Source: Paramoeba atlantica
Lineage: Eukaryota > Protista > Discosea
Length of the DNA stretch: 64,000 bases
Direction of reading: 5' to 3'
Assembly: GCA_977017575.1 (NCBI GenBank)
Contig: CDRNVI010000059.1
Coordinates: 415,113 to 479,112, forward strand
In this document: in pieces, positions 22,265 to 34,400 of the stretch
Layout of the letters: every line of letters begins with the position of its first letter
Position numbering within the stretch: position 1 is the first letter of the stretch
Notes under the pieces: generated by a model
Databases searched by the model: none
Told to the model about the DNA's origin: nothing
What the model saw: only the letters and a program-made list of their open reading frames with translations
Made by a program: the position numbers and the translations under genes

Positions 22265-24000
22265 CCTCCAACACGGTCGATTAAAAATGATACCATTTGG
22301 TCAGTACTTGATGAACTGTCTCTGATTGTGCTTCTGCGCAATATCCAGGACCTGACACAAGACACTAAACGGGAATCCATCACCGTTCCGTACAATGAAA
22401 CACTCACTGCTTGCGTAAGATGCAATACATGTGCAGTTTTCATTGGGAGCGAAGGCCCCGGCATAAAAATTATGCAGTATCTCATAAAATATATGAGCAA
22501 GAACATTGGTCCACCTGTGTACATTGTACCAGCACTTCGCGCAGCCAATGACCACCTTCAAAGGGGTCTGAATTCAGAGCACAGAGTGCAAACTGACATT
22601 CCGGTGGCACGCTTAGTTTTACAGAAATTGTCGAACATGACACATCGAAAGATGGAAGTTTCAATCGAAATGGCAACTGCCTTTTGTCTCGGCCAACCCT
22701 CCAGGTACATGAGCCATAACTTCACATGGATCAATATGAACCGTGTAATGAAGTTCCTGGCAAACATCTCAAGTGAGTTAGATCACAGATATATAGAAAT
22801 CAGTGACGATGATTCGTCACAAGACTCCGATATAGAGTTCGACAACGGTATCTTAGAGGCTCCTATAATGACCACCGAGCATGATTGTGCAGTTATTGCA
22901 CCGCTCCATGTGCGTTATATGCACAGGGGCGAAGATCTTCAAGACCTTGAACTGTATTCCTATACAGGCATTGTCAGCGTAAAGAAGAAAAGAGCTGAGC
23001 TAGCTCAAGAAGAGCCCGATCATGATTCAGATTTTGAGTCAGGGACAAATCGAAGACGTCGTCGCGGACGTCGTGCTAATGGGAGATACGCCTTTGAGGA
23101 AATTGAAGGCCTCCCGGAATTTAAGCCTGGATATATTGTTGAGCAACAGTTGCGCTCTTTGCACACTGTGCCAGCTATACCAGGTTTTCCCATATTGAGT
23201 TCTTCAAAAGAACCTGGGACACGAGCTCGAAGCCAGCTTCGAGTAGGGAAACGCATGGTGGCATTGTTTTCCCCATGGACGAAAGGCTCACCGAGCCATG
23301 AAATGACCCTAGAAGAGTTTAAAAAACTTCTCAATGAAGCGAAAGTAAATACGCCTGGAAAGTATGACACAATGTGCAACTTTCTTCGGCTTTTACATGC
23401 TTCTAAGAATACAGAGAACGCGGCAGATTTGTATAACGCAAAGATGCTTGCCATCTAGAAGAAGCAAGATTAGCACGCAACATTGTGTACGAAAATGAGC
23501 TTGAAGTCCGAGAGGTTGAACCTCATCTTCAAGATGCTCTTGAAGCACAGCAGAATACTGCAGTGGTCAATGAAGAGCGATTGGTTCAGCAGAATGCATA
23601 CTGCGAACTACAAACGCGAGCTTTAACGGCCGCGTTAGGAGGTTCTACTGAGAACTCCCCTGAAGAAAATGTTGATCTTGCATCGACAATGACAAGGACG
23701 AGGTCCAATATTTCAGTCATAAATGCGCGAGAGCGCTATACTGAAATGATTCAAAACGAGCGACCTGCAACTTCGGCTCAATCTGAGCCAAGTGCACCAG
23801 TGGACAGATCTCATTTCAATGAGGATCATCCACTTTTTTTTTTTTGGAATCAATACGAAGAGATTACGTTCGATCGCAGCTACATATGCGGAAATGAGCG
23901 GAAATGTATGTTTCTGCTCGGTGGCCCCGGAACCGGGGCAAGACCTGGGAAGCCAATGTATTGCAATGGCGCCCACTGGGATCGCCGCATCAGTACTGCA
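22265..24000 (+). pseudogene. Helitron/Helentron Rep-helicase remnant, part 1
   Basis: VPYNETLTACVRCNT...QYLIKYMSK (Rep motif with two Tyr); degenerate Walker A LLGGPGTG near 23910; APTGIAAS near 23970; frameshifted. Confidence 0.75.
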
Positions 24001-24174
24001 TTTTGAGATTCGTTCCCTGCAAGCTAAGAACATAAAATGTTATGTGAGTAAGGTATGTTATGTGAGTAATCACACAACGGTAATCCCCACTATGAAAAAG
24101 CGGATGCGTTAGCACTTGCAGGTTCTTGTAAGCCTGTTCCATCCCTGGAAATTAAGAGGAACAAAACGTTAAAT
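24001..24174 (+). pseudogene. 5'-truncated LINE, left piece (end of RNase H)
   Basis: KCYVSKV...HNGNPHYEKADALALAGS matches the RNase H KVKGH..N..NE.AD.LA motif. Confidence 0.75.
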
Positions 24175-24367
24175 AAGACTCACTTACTCACTCACTCTAC
24201 ACTAACTCCATAGAGTTAGTTAAGTATTTATCTATATTCATTCTTAAATTTCCTCATATTACTTTCGAACAACTTATTTTTCAAGTGGAAATTTCCCCCC
24301 AATACATTCCCCACTGCATACAGCTCAGTGTTCGCTTGCCCTGGTAGGTGGCCGCATTTCGTGGTTT

Positions 24368-27300
24368 CTAGCGGGGGCGACGCTTTGCTTGGGCTGTTTG
24401 ATTCCCGTCCCGTAGACTACCGCGGCGACAATTGGCACTGGTGTTAGGGATCCTTGCTACCTCTGGCATGCCAGGCTCGGAAAGGAGATCAGGATTTTGG
24501 CCTTTGCTTGTCGCGGCGGAGGTTTTGCGCTTTTTCTTCGAAGAGTTGCGCGAAAGAGCTGCTTTGGCTATTAAATCGCACTTCTCGTTGTAAATATTTC
24601 CGCAGTGACCTTTCACCTTAAAAACAAAAAGCTGCACACTATGCGTTTCGAAGCCTCGAAAAGCGTGTTCCAGATCCAAATATATATCGCTATTTGGAAG
24701 GCCTTCAAAACCAATCAAATAATACTTTTTTCTAATCACATTTGCAAAATGCCAAACTACCCAGGAATCCGTATGCAGTATGATTCTTTCCCTATCTTGT
24801 GGTGCCCTTTGTATGGCTGTTAGTGCCGCATATAGTTCCGCCCTCTCCGGCGAGCCGCAGCCTAAAGTTTCCTTGCAAATGGCAAAGCTTGACACTTCCT
24901 TCCCACATTGTACTTCAACCATTCCCAGCCCCATTTTCCCAATAAACCCAGAACTCACCGATGCATCAGAATAAATATGTAAAGCACCTTCGTCGATTAC
25001 AAATGGCGTGGTGCCTTCCTCCGCATACTGAAGATCCGATAAATTGGTATCCCGAAGTGCTGTTGAGGTAACCTTATGCCAACCTTTTCCCCGATAGCTC
25101 ACGTATGTTTTCTTGCGCCCAAGGCTAGATTGCAGATTCTCAACTTGGGTCTGCCAATATTTTCGATCCCCTGCATAGACCAATGCTTGTTCAATCATGA
25201 TCCCCATATCGCCCATGCAGGCTTCAGAAGGAGAATGAATCCTGCTTTTTTCTTTAACGTTCCACTGTACAAGCTCGGAATATATCTCCGAATGTCTTAT
25301 CAGGTGCCCTAGAAGTCGTGCCCGGTTTACCTTATGTAGTGTGGAGAATAACGGTGTGTCAACGTAAAGGGCTGTAAGAGGTATACTTTTCCCACGGTGG
25401 TCCAATTTTGGGCAACGACATATGATGCGACGCATTTTGTTTACCTGAATGTCTACCCAATTTAACGTTTTATCCGTCAATACAAGAGTACCTGAGTTAT
25501 AGTTCAGAACGGGGTAAACCAGTGTATCGAAAAGGCGAAGTTTAGTTTTCACAGATAGTGGTGATATCCATATTCCTTGAAATTTTGAGAAGCTTGCCCA
25601 GGTAAGCCGCACCCTGTCCCTAATGCACGCCTTGGGGTCCTGTTCATGAAAAAGGTGCCCTAGGTAACGGTAACTCTCGACGTGTGGAACCTTTCCCAAT
25701 GTATCGGATATTATTTCTTCGGTGTTGTTATTTTTTCCTATGCTCATCCAGGCGGATTTGGTGGGCCCAACAGCAATCTTTAAATTCGCAGCAAGGGCTT
25801 GCTCTGCTGTATCTTCCATCATGCTTTGCAAGTCTTCCTTGTCGCTCCCAAATAGGAGCAAATCGTCAGCATAATTCAGATCAGTGAGCCGCGTTTCCCG
25901 TAACACTCTGCTCCTCGTACCCTTCGATGATAATAAGATGCCGTGGGGTTTTGAATCTATTGCCTTAAATAATATTCGATCCAGGACCATAACAAAGAGG
26001 TACGGTGCGAGAACGTCGCCCTGTAGAATTCCTGTCGTGATGGGGAAAGCTTCCGTTAGCCCATACGGTGTACGAACGACGCCTCTCATATTGCGATAGA
26101 CCGACATAATCATTTCTACTAACTTGGGGCCAATGTGGAATGCTACCAGAGATGCCCTGATAGCATCAAACGAAACAGATGGAAAAGCCTTTGCAAAATC
26201 CACGAAACCAATGTTGAGCCCATTTTCCCGCAAAGCTTTAACTCTTGCTTCGTTGAGAATCGCCTGGGCTTGAGTTGTTGAGCGATCTGGTCGAAACCCA
26301 TATTGATTCTCGCGAAGCACGGGCTCCACATAAGGTCTCATTCGTTGCAAGATTAAACTGTTCATTAGTTTGACGATGCAATTCACTAAGCAAATAGGTC
26401 GCCAGTTCTTAAGAAGACTCAAATCACCCTTTTTTGGTATAGGAACTTGTAAGACATCACCCCAAACATCCGGAGCCATCCCAGTATCGTGAACTCTGTT
26501 TATGACACATAGCAGCCAATCTCGAAGTAACTCGTTACCAGCTATGCATTTCAAGGCTTCCATTGGGATTTCGTCTTTTCCTGGCGATTTTCCCCTACCA
26601 AAGTGTGAGATGCCAATTTGAAGCTCTTCTTCCGTAAAAGTGGAGTCGTTAATCGTGTTAGGGGATGGTTTGGCCTCAGGAAATTTTATATTCGTGTCCC
26701 CCCCGGCGTCTCCCGCAAAGGCTTCGAAGAATGATCTGATTTCCGCCAGCTTTTGTTTATTACAGGTCCCTGAAATCTTAAAATCGGCGCGATGAACTCC
26801 ACATATTTCTTTCAGAGCTCTCCATGGGCTGGCATGATTCTTCTTTAGTTTAGTTTCCAGGACATCACATGATTTGGCTATTTCTTCCTCTATTGGCACC
26901 TGTGTTTGTAAAACCAATTCATTGAAGTCCTTGTGCTTTCTGCTTAGCTCAAAGATTCTGCGCAAATAACCAGTTTCGGTTCCTTCGAGCGTTTCCATTG
27001 GCGAATCGATTTCAAGAGATATTTTGTTTTGTGGATTCGGAATTTCCCTGCCAGACGATCGAAGGCAAGAGGCAAGAAGGTCCCAGGAAGGGAAATCCTT
27101 GTTGTGCAGTTCGCCATTGACATGATCGCAGATTCGTTTGTTAAATTTTTCACTATGTTCTGGGTTAGAAAGTTGAAGCCAGGGAATCTTATTTCTGTGG
27201 GTATTTGTGGAAACTTTCCATTTGATCTTGATCTCGGCTCTCACCAGAAAGTGTACAGTTGGTGTTGGTGCGCCAAAATCTTGATGTTTATGTAGGGCAG

Positions 27301-28429
27301 ACGCAAAGCGCGAACACACTGCAATGTGATCGAGCTGTCGCTTAGCATCGTTCGGCAGTATACATGTATATTTACGGCGGCTTGGGCATAAGGTGTGCCC
27401 CGATTTACAATTTATTCCTTCTAAAAGGCCTTCTAATCTTTCCATTGATAGCGCGTCCTCTTCCGTCTTATTTTTAAAAGTGAGCGGTGCATTCAAATCT
27501 CCAAGGAGAAGAGCTGGCCGTCGTGAATATTTACCAACTGCGTCATGAAATGCAGTGGTGAGAGAAATGTCAAACACTTCCATTGCATCTTGTGAAGAAT
27601 CGCGCGTCGGCCTATATACGTTCATGATAAAGGCCGACCCCCCTTCTATAGTAAACTCGGCCCCCATGATCCTGTCACTCACCTTCCAAAACTTCAAAAA
27701 CGGATGCTGAGAGATAAACCCCATACCGTTGTACCCATTCACCGCCGACAAAAGGTAGATGAAAAAGTGTTTATCTCCGTACCGTAGTTGCCTGCGCAAA
27801 ATGTCAGACCCACCGCTAGAAGTAAAAGAGAATCTTGTTTCCTGTAAAGCCAGAACATGCAAATCTTTCTGAGCCATATATCGCAATGTTTCATGTAATC
27901 GGGAGGATGTTTTCAGTCTGAAAACGTCGTCGCCCTTAAGTTTCAACGAAGTCGTGTTAAGAGTTCCTATAGATAAATACTTCCTCACAGCAGACCCTTC
28001 AGGGTCGTTGTCGCGAAGAGCATGCTTGCCACACAGTGCCCTATTTTTACGTACTTTCTTTCGGGTATTCGAACGTCGAGGTTTCCGAATTCGCACCCCA
28101 CACAGCACTATACGTGGGTCATAGTTTCCGGTCAGCGTTTCCGATCGCCGGTAGTATTTCACCCGCCAGCGACCTAGCTGAAAGAGAGACCCATAACCTC
28201 TCTGTGTGACATCCCCCCTCCAAACCCGATACTCCGCAGCCCCCGCATATCGCCAGCACAGCGCGATGCAGTCACCAAGAATTTTACATATTCTCATCAC
28301 AGTATGCAGGCGAAGTTTAGCATGTCCATCAAAATCCAAAGTTGGTTCAAAAAGGACACCCCGACCTAACGTGGACCGTACTAGAAGATTCACTATACTC
28401 TTCTCGCAAGGCCCGGACGCCTTCGCCAT
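24368..28429 (-). CDS. Non-LTR retrotransposon polyprotein, 1353 aa: N-terminal domain, APE endonuclease, RT, RNase H
   Basis: APE (GTLN, LQETR, VYRPT, GDLNA, LDHI); RT (PKKGDL, NWRPICL, QYGFRPDRST, QGDVLAPYLF, YADD); RNase H (IYSDAS, AELYAA, HTDS, KVKGH, KCD); no stops or frameshifts. Confidence 0.96.
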   Translation of the reverse strand: MAKASGPCEKSIVNLLVRSTLGRGVLFEPTLDFDGHAKLRLHTVMRICKILGDCIALCWRYAGAAEYRVWRGDVTQRGYGSLFQLGRWRVKYYRRSETLTGNYDPRIVLCGVRIRKPRRSNTRKKVRKNRALCGKHALRDNDPEGSAVRKYLSIGTLNTTSLKLKGDDVFRLKTSSRLHETLRYMAQKDLHVLALQETRFSFTSSGGSDILRRQLRYGDKHFFIYLLSAVNGYNGMGFISQHPFLKFWKVSDRIMGAEFTIEGGSAFIMNVYRPTRDSSQDAMEVFDISLTTAFHDAVGKYSRRPALLLGDLNAPLTFKNKTEEDALSMERLEGLLEGINCKSGHTLCPSRRKYTCILPNDAKRQLDHIAVCSRFASALHKHQDFGAPTPTVHFLVRAEIKIKWKVSTNTHRNKIPWLQLSNPEHSEKFNKRICDHVNGELHNKDFPSWDLLASCLRSSGREIPNPQNKISLEIDSPMETLEGTETGYLRRIFELSRKHKDFNELVLQTQVPIEEEIAKSCDVLETKLKKNHASPWRALKEICGVHRADFKISGTCNKQKLAEIRSFFEAFAGDAGGDTNIKFPEAKPSPNTINDSTFTEEELQIGISHFGRGKSPGKDEIPMEALKCIAGNELLRDWLLCVINRVHDTGMAPDVWGDVLQVPIPKKGDLSLLKNWRPICLVNCIVKLMNSLILQRMRPYVEPVLRENQYGFRPDRSTTQAQAILNEARVKALRENGLNIGFVDFAKAFPSVSFDAIRASLVAFHIGPKLVEMIMSVYRNMRGVVRTPYGLTEAFPITTGILQGDVLAPYLFVMVLDRILFKAIDSKPHGILLSSKGTRSRVLRETRLTDLNYADDLLLFGSDKEDLQSMMEDTAEQALAANLKIAVGPTKSAWMSIGKNNNTEEIISDTLGKVPHVESYRYLGHLFHEQDPKACIRDRVRLTWASFSKFQGIWISPLSVKTKLRLFDTLVYPVLNYNSGTLVLTDKTLNWVDIQVNKMRRIICRCPKLDHRGKSIPLTALYVDTPLFSTLHKVNRARLLGHLIRHSEIYSELVQWNVKEKSRIHSPSEACMGDMGIMIEQALVYAGDRKYWQTQVENLQSSLGRKKTYVSYRGKGWHKVTSTALRDTNLSDLQYAEEGTTPFVIDEGALHIYSDASVSSGFIGKMGLGMVEVQCGKEVSSFAICKETLGCGSPERAELYAALTAIQRAPQDRERIILHTDSWVVWHFANVIRKKYYLIGFEGLPNSDIYLDLEHAFRGFETHSVQLFVFKVKGHCGNIYNEKCDLIAKAALSRNSSKKKRKTSAATSKGQNPDLLSEPGMPEVARIPNTSANCRRGSLRDGNQTAQAKRRPR

Positions 28430-28443
28430 GTTTTTGAAGAATA

Positions 28444-31400
28444 TTCAAAAAAACAAAGGTCTTCAAAAAAACAAAGGTCTTCAAAAACACTAACGTCTTC
28501 AAAAAAACAAAGGTCTTCAAAAAAACAAAGGTCTTCAAAAAAACAAAGGTCTTCAAAAAAACAAAGGTCTTCATAAAAACAAAGGTCTTCATAAAAACAA
28601 GGGTCTTCAAAAAAAACAAAGGTCTTCAAAAAAAAAACAAAGGTCTTCAAAAAAACAAAGGTCTTCAAAAAAACAAAGCTCTTCAAAAAAACAAAGGTCT
28701 TCAAAAAAACAAAGATCTTCAAAAAAGGAAAGGTCTTCAAAAAAACAAAGGTCTTCAAAAAAACAAAGGTCTTCAAAAAAACAAAGGTCTTCAAAAAAAC
28801 AAAGGTCTTCAAAAAAACAAAGGTCGTCAAAAAACAAAGGTCTTCAAAAAAACAAAGGTCTTCAAAAAAACAAAGGTCTTCAAAAAACAAAGGTCTTCAA
28901 AAAAACAAAGGTCTTCAAAAAATCAAAGGTCTTCAAAAAAACAAAGGTCTTTAAAAAAACAAAGGTCTTCAAAAAAACAAAGGTCTTCAAAAAAACAAAG
29001 GTCTTCAAAAAAACAAAGGTCTTCAAAAAAAAACAAAGGTCTTCAAAAAAACAAAGGTCTTCAAAAAAACAAAGGTCTTCAAAAAGACAAAGGTCTTCAA
29101 AAAAACAAAGGTCTTCAAAAAAACAAAGGTCTTCAAAAAAACAAAGGTCTTCAAAAAAACAAAGGTCTTCAAAAAAACAAAGGTCTTCAAAAAAACAAAG
29201 GTCTTCAAAAAAACAAAGGTCTTCAAAAAAACAAAGGTCTTCAAAAAAAAACAAAGGTCTTCAAAAAAACAAAGGTCTTCAAAAAAACAAAGGTCTTCAA
29301 AAAGACAAAGGTCTTCAAAAAAACAAAGGTCTTCAAAAAAACAAAGGTCTTTAGAAAAAACAAAGGTCTTCAAAAAAACAAAGGTCTTCAAAAAAGGAAA
29401 GGTCTTCAAAAAAACAAAGGTCTTCAAAAAAACAAAGGTCTTTAAAAAAAACAAAGGTCTTCAAAAAAACAAAGGTCTTCAAAAAAACAAAGGTCTTCAA
29501 AAAAACAAAGGTCTTCAAAAAAAAACAAAGGTCTTCAAAAAAACAAAGGTCTTCAAAAAAACAAAGATCTTCAAAAAAGGAAAGGTCTTCAAAAAAACAA
29601 AGGTCTTCAAAAAAAAACAAAGGTCTTCAAAAAAACAAAGGTCTTCAAAAAAACAAAGGTCTTCAAAAAAACAAAGGTCTTCAAAAAAAGAAAGGTCCTC
29701 AAAAAAACAAAGGTCTTTAGAAAAAACAAAGGTCTTCAAAAAAACAAAGGTCTTCAAAAAAACAAAGGTCTTCAAAAAAACAAAGGTCTTCAAAAAAACA
29801 AAGGTCTTCAAAAAAACAAAGGTCTTCAAAAAAACAAAGGTCTTCAAAAAAACAAAGGTCTTCAAAAAAACAAAGGTCTTCAAAAAAACAAAGGTCTTCA
29901 AAAAAACAAAGGTCTTCAAAAAAACAAAGGTCTTCAAAAAAACAAAGGTCTTCAAAAAAACAAAGGTCTTTAAAAAAAACAAAGGTCTTCAAAAAAACAA
30001 AGGTCTTCAAAAAAACAAAGGTCTTCAAAAAAACAAAGGTCTTCAAAAAAGCAAAGGTCTTCAAAAAAACAAAGGTCTTTAAAAAAAACAAAGGTCTTCA
30101 AAAAAACAAAGGTCTTCAAAAAAACAAAGGTCTTCAAAAAAACAAAGGTCTTCAAAAAAACAAAGGTCTTCAAAAAAACAAAGGTCTTCAAAAAAACAAA
30201 GGTCGTCAAAAAACAAAGGTCTTCAAAAAAACAAAGGTCTTCAAAAAAACAAAGGTCTTCAAAAAAACAAAGGTCTTCAAAAAAACAAAGGTCTTCAAAA
30301 AAACAAAGGTCTTCAAAAAAACAAAGGTCTTCAAAAAAACAAAGGTCTTCAAAAAAACAAAGGTCTTCAAAAAAACAAAGGTCTTCAAAAAAACAAAGGT
30401 CTTCAAAAAAACAAAGGTCTTCAAAAAAACAAAGGTCTTTAAAAAAAACAAAGGTCTTCAAAAAAACAAAGGTCTTCAAAAAAACAAAGGTCTTTAAAAA
30501 AAACAAAGGTCTTCAAAAAAACAAAGGTCTTCAAAAAAACAAAGGTCTTCAAAAAAACAAAAGTCTTCAAAAAAACAAAGGTCTTCAAAAAAACAAAGGT
30601 CTTCAAAAAAACAAAGGTCTTCAAAAAAACAAAGGTCTTTAAAAAAAACTAAGGTCTTCAAAAAAACAAAGGTCTTCAAAAAAACAAAGGTCTTCAAAAA
30701 AACAAAGGTCTTCAAAAAAACAAAGGTCTTCAAAAAAACAAAGGTCTTCAAAAAAACAAAGGTCTTCAAAAAAACAAAGGTCTTCAAAAAAACAAAGGTC
30801 TTCAAAAAAACAAAGGTCTTCAAAAAAACAAAGGTCTTCAAAAAAACAAAGGTCTTTAAAAAAAACAAAGGTCTTCAAAAAAACAAAGGTCTTCAAAAAA
30901 ACAAAGGTCTTCAAAAAAACAAAGGTCTTCAAAAAAACTAAGGTCTTCAAAAAAACAAAGGTCTTCAAAAAAACAAAGGTCTTCAAAAAAACAAAGGTCT
31001 TCAAAAAAACAAAGGTCTTCAAAAAAACAAAGGTCTTCAAAAAAACAAAGGTCTTCAAAAAAACAAAGGTCTTCAAAAAAACAAAGGTCTTCAAAAAAAC
31101 AAAGGTCTTCAAAAAAACAAAGGTCTTCAAAAAAACAAAGGTCTTCAAAAAAAATAAAGGTCTTCAAAAAAACAAAGGTCTTCAAAAAAACAAAGGTCTT
31201 CAAAAAAACAAAGGTCTTCAAAAAAAATAAAGGTCTTCAAAAAAAACAAAGGTCTTCAAAAAAACAAAGGTCTTCAAAAAAACAAAGGTCTTCAAAAAAA
31301 CAAAGGTCTTCAAAAAAACAAAGGTCTTCAAAAAAAATAAAGGTCTTCAAAAAAACAAAGGTCTTCAAAAAAACAAAGGTCTTCAAAAAAACAAAGGTCT

Positions 31401-34400
31401 TCAAAAAAACAAAGGTCTTCAAAAAAACAAAGGTCTTCAAAAAAACAAAGGCCTTCAAAAAAACAAAGGTCTTCAAAAAAACAAAGGTCTTCAAAAAAAC
31501 AAAGGTCGTCAAAAAACAAAGGTCTTCAAAAAAACAAAGGTCTTCAAAAAATCAAAGGTCTTCAAAAAAACAAAGGTCTTCAAAAAAACAAAGGTCTTCA
31601 AAAAAACAAAGGTCTTCAAAAAAACAAAGGTCTTCAAAAAAACAAAGGTCTTCAAAAAAACAAAGGTCTTCAAAAAAACAAAGGTCTTCAAAAAAAAACA
31701 AAGGTCTTCAAAAAAACAAAGGTCTTCAAAAAAACAAAGGTCTTCAAAAAAACAAAGGTCTTCAAAAAAACAAAGGTCTTCAAAAAAACAAAGGTCTTCA
31801 AAAAAACAAAGGTCTTTAAAAAAAACAAAGGTCTTCAAAAAAACAAAGGTCTTCAAAAAAACATAGGTCTTCAAAAAAACAAAGGTCTTCAAAAAAACAA
31901 AGGTCTTCAAAAAAAACAAAGGTCTTCAAAAAAACAAAGGTCTTCAAAAAAACAAAGGTCTTCAAAAAAACAAAGGTCTTCAAAAAAACAAAGGTCTTCA
32001 AAAAAAATAAAGGTCTTCAAAAAAACAAAGGTCTTCAAAAAAACAAAGGTCTTCAAAAAAACAAAGGTCTTCAAAAAAACAAAGGTCTTCAAAAAAACAA
32101 AGGTCTTCAAAAAAACAAAGGCCTTCAAAAAAACAAAGGCCTTCAAAAAAACAAAGGTCTTCAAAAAAACAAAGGTCGTCAAAAAACAAAGGTCTTCAAA
32201 AAAACAAAGGTCTTCAAAAAATCAAAGGTCTTCAAAAAAACAAAGGTCTTCAAAAAAACAAAGGTCTTCAAAAAAACAAAGGTCTTCAAAAAAACAAAGG
32301 TCTTCAAAAAAACAAAGGTCTTCAAAAAAACAAAGGTCTTCAAAAAAACAAAGGTCTTCAAAAAAACAAAGGTCTTCAAAAAAACAAAGGTCTTTAAAAA
32401 AAACAAAGGTCTTCAAAAAAACAAAGGTCTTCAAAAAAACAAAGGTCTTCAAAAAAACAAAGGTCTTCAAAAAAGCAAAGGTCTTCAAAAAAACAAAGGT
32501 CTTTAAAAAAAACAAAGGTCTTCAAAAAAACAAAGGTCTTCAAAAAAACAAAGGTCTTCAAAAAAACAAAGGTCTTCAAAAAAACAAAGGTCTTCAAAAA
32601 AACAAAGGTCTTCAAAAAAACAAAGGTCTTCAAAAAAACAAAGGTCTTCAAAAAAACAAAGGTCTTCAAAAAAACAAAGGTCTTCAAAAAAACAAAGGTC
32701 TTCAAAAAAACAAAGGTCTTCAAAAAAACAAAGGTCTTCAAAAAAACAAAGGTCTTCAAAAAAACAAAGGTCTTTAAAAAAAACAAAGGTCTTCAAAAAA
32801 ACAAAGGTCTTCAAAAAAACAAAGGTCTTTAAAAAAAACAAAGGTCTTCAAAAAAACAAAGGTCTTCAAAAAAACAAAGGTCTTCAAAAAAACAAAAGTC
32901 TTCAAAAAAACAAAGGTCTTCAAAAAAACAAAGGTCTTCAAAAAAACAAAGGTCTTCAAAAAAACAAAGGTCTTTAAAAAAAACTAAGGTCTTCAAAAAA
33001 ACAAAGGTCTTCAAAAAAACAAAGGTCTTCAAAAAAACAAAGGTCTTCAAAAAAACAAAGGTCTTCAAAAAAACAAAGGTCTTCAAAAAAACAAAGGTCT
33101 TCAAAAAAACAAAGGTCTTCAAAAAAACAAAGGTCTTCAAAAAAACAAAGGTCTTCAAAAAAACAAAGGTCTTCAAAAAAACAAAGGTCTTCAAAAAAAC
33201 AAAGGTCTTTAAAAAAAACAAAGGTCTTCAAAAAAACAAAGGTCTTCAAAAAAACAAAGGTCTTCAAAAAAACAAAGGTCTTCAAAAAAACTAAGGTCTT
33301 CAAAAAAACAAAGGTCTTCAAAAAAACAAAGGTCTTCAAAAAAACAAAGGTCTTCAAAAAAACAAAGGTCTTCAAAAAAACAAAGGTCTTCAAAAAAACA
33401 AAGGTCTTCAAAAAAACAAAGGTCTTCAAAAAAACAAAGGTCTTCAAAAAAACAAAGGTCTTCAAAAAACAAAGGTCTTCAAAAAAACAAAGGTCTTCAA
33501 AAAAACAAAGGTCTTCAAAAAAACAAAGGTCTTCAAAAAAACAAAGGTCGTCAAAAAACAAAGGTCTTCAAAAAAACAAAGGTCTTCAAAAAAACAAAGG
33601 TCTTCAAAAAAACAAAGGTCTTCAAAAAAACAAAGGTCTTCAAAAAAACAAAGGTCTTCAAAAAATCAAAGGTCTTCAAAAAAACAAAGGTCTTCAAAAA
33701 AACAAAGGTCTTCAAAAAAACAAAGGTCTTTAAAAAAAACAAATCTCTTCAAAAAAACAAAGGTCTTCAAAAAAACAAAGGTCTTCAAAAAAACAAAGGT
33801 CTCCAAAAAAACAAAGGTCTTCAAAAAAACAAAGGTCTTCAAAAAAACAAAGGTCTTCAAAAAAACAAAGGTCTTCAAAAAAACAAAGGTCTTCAAAAAA
33901 ACAAAGGTCTTCAAAAAAACAAAGGTCTTCAAAAAAACAAAGGTCTTCAAAAAAACAAAGGTCTTCAAAAAAACAAAGGTCTTTAAAAAAAACAAAGGTC
34001 TTCAAAAAAACAAAGGTCTTCAAAAAAACATAGGTCTTCAAAAAAACAAAGGTCTTCAAAAAAACAAAGGTCTTCAAAAAAAACAAAGGTCTTCAAAAAA
34101 ACAAAGGTCTTCAAAAAAACAAAGGTCTTCAAAAAAACAAAGGTCTTCAAAAAAACAAAGTTCTTCAAAAAAAATAAAGGTCTTCAAAAAAACAAAGGTC
34201 TTCAAAAAAACAAAGGTCTTCAAAAAAACAAAGGTCTTCAAAAAAACAAAGGTCTTCAAAAAAACAAAGGTCTTCAAAAAAACAAAGGCCTTCAAAAAAA
34301 CAAAGGTCTTCAAAAAAACAAAGGTCTTCAAAAAAACAAAGGTCGTCAAAAAACAAAGGTCTTCAAAAAAACAAAGGTCTTCAAAAAATCAAAGGTCTTC

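Noticed and set aside
24175-28443. Site-specific LINE insertion into a pre-existing satellite (SART/TRAS-like)
   Set aside because: There is no satellite at the 3' junction, and non-satellite host sequence flanks the whole LINE-plus-array unit.
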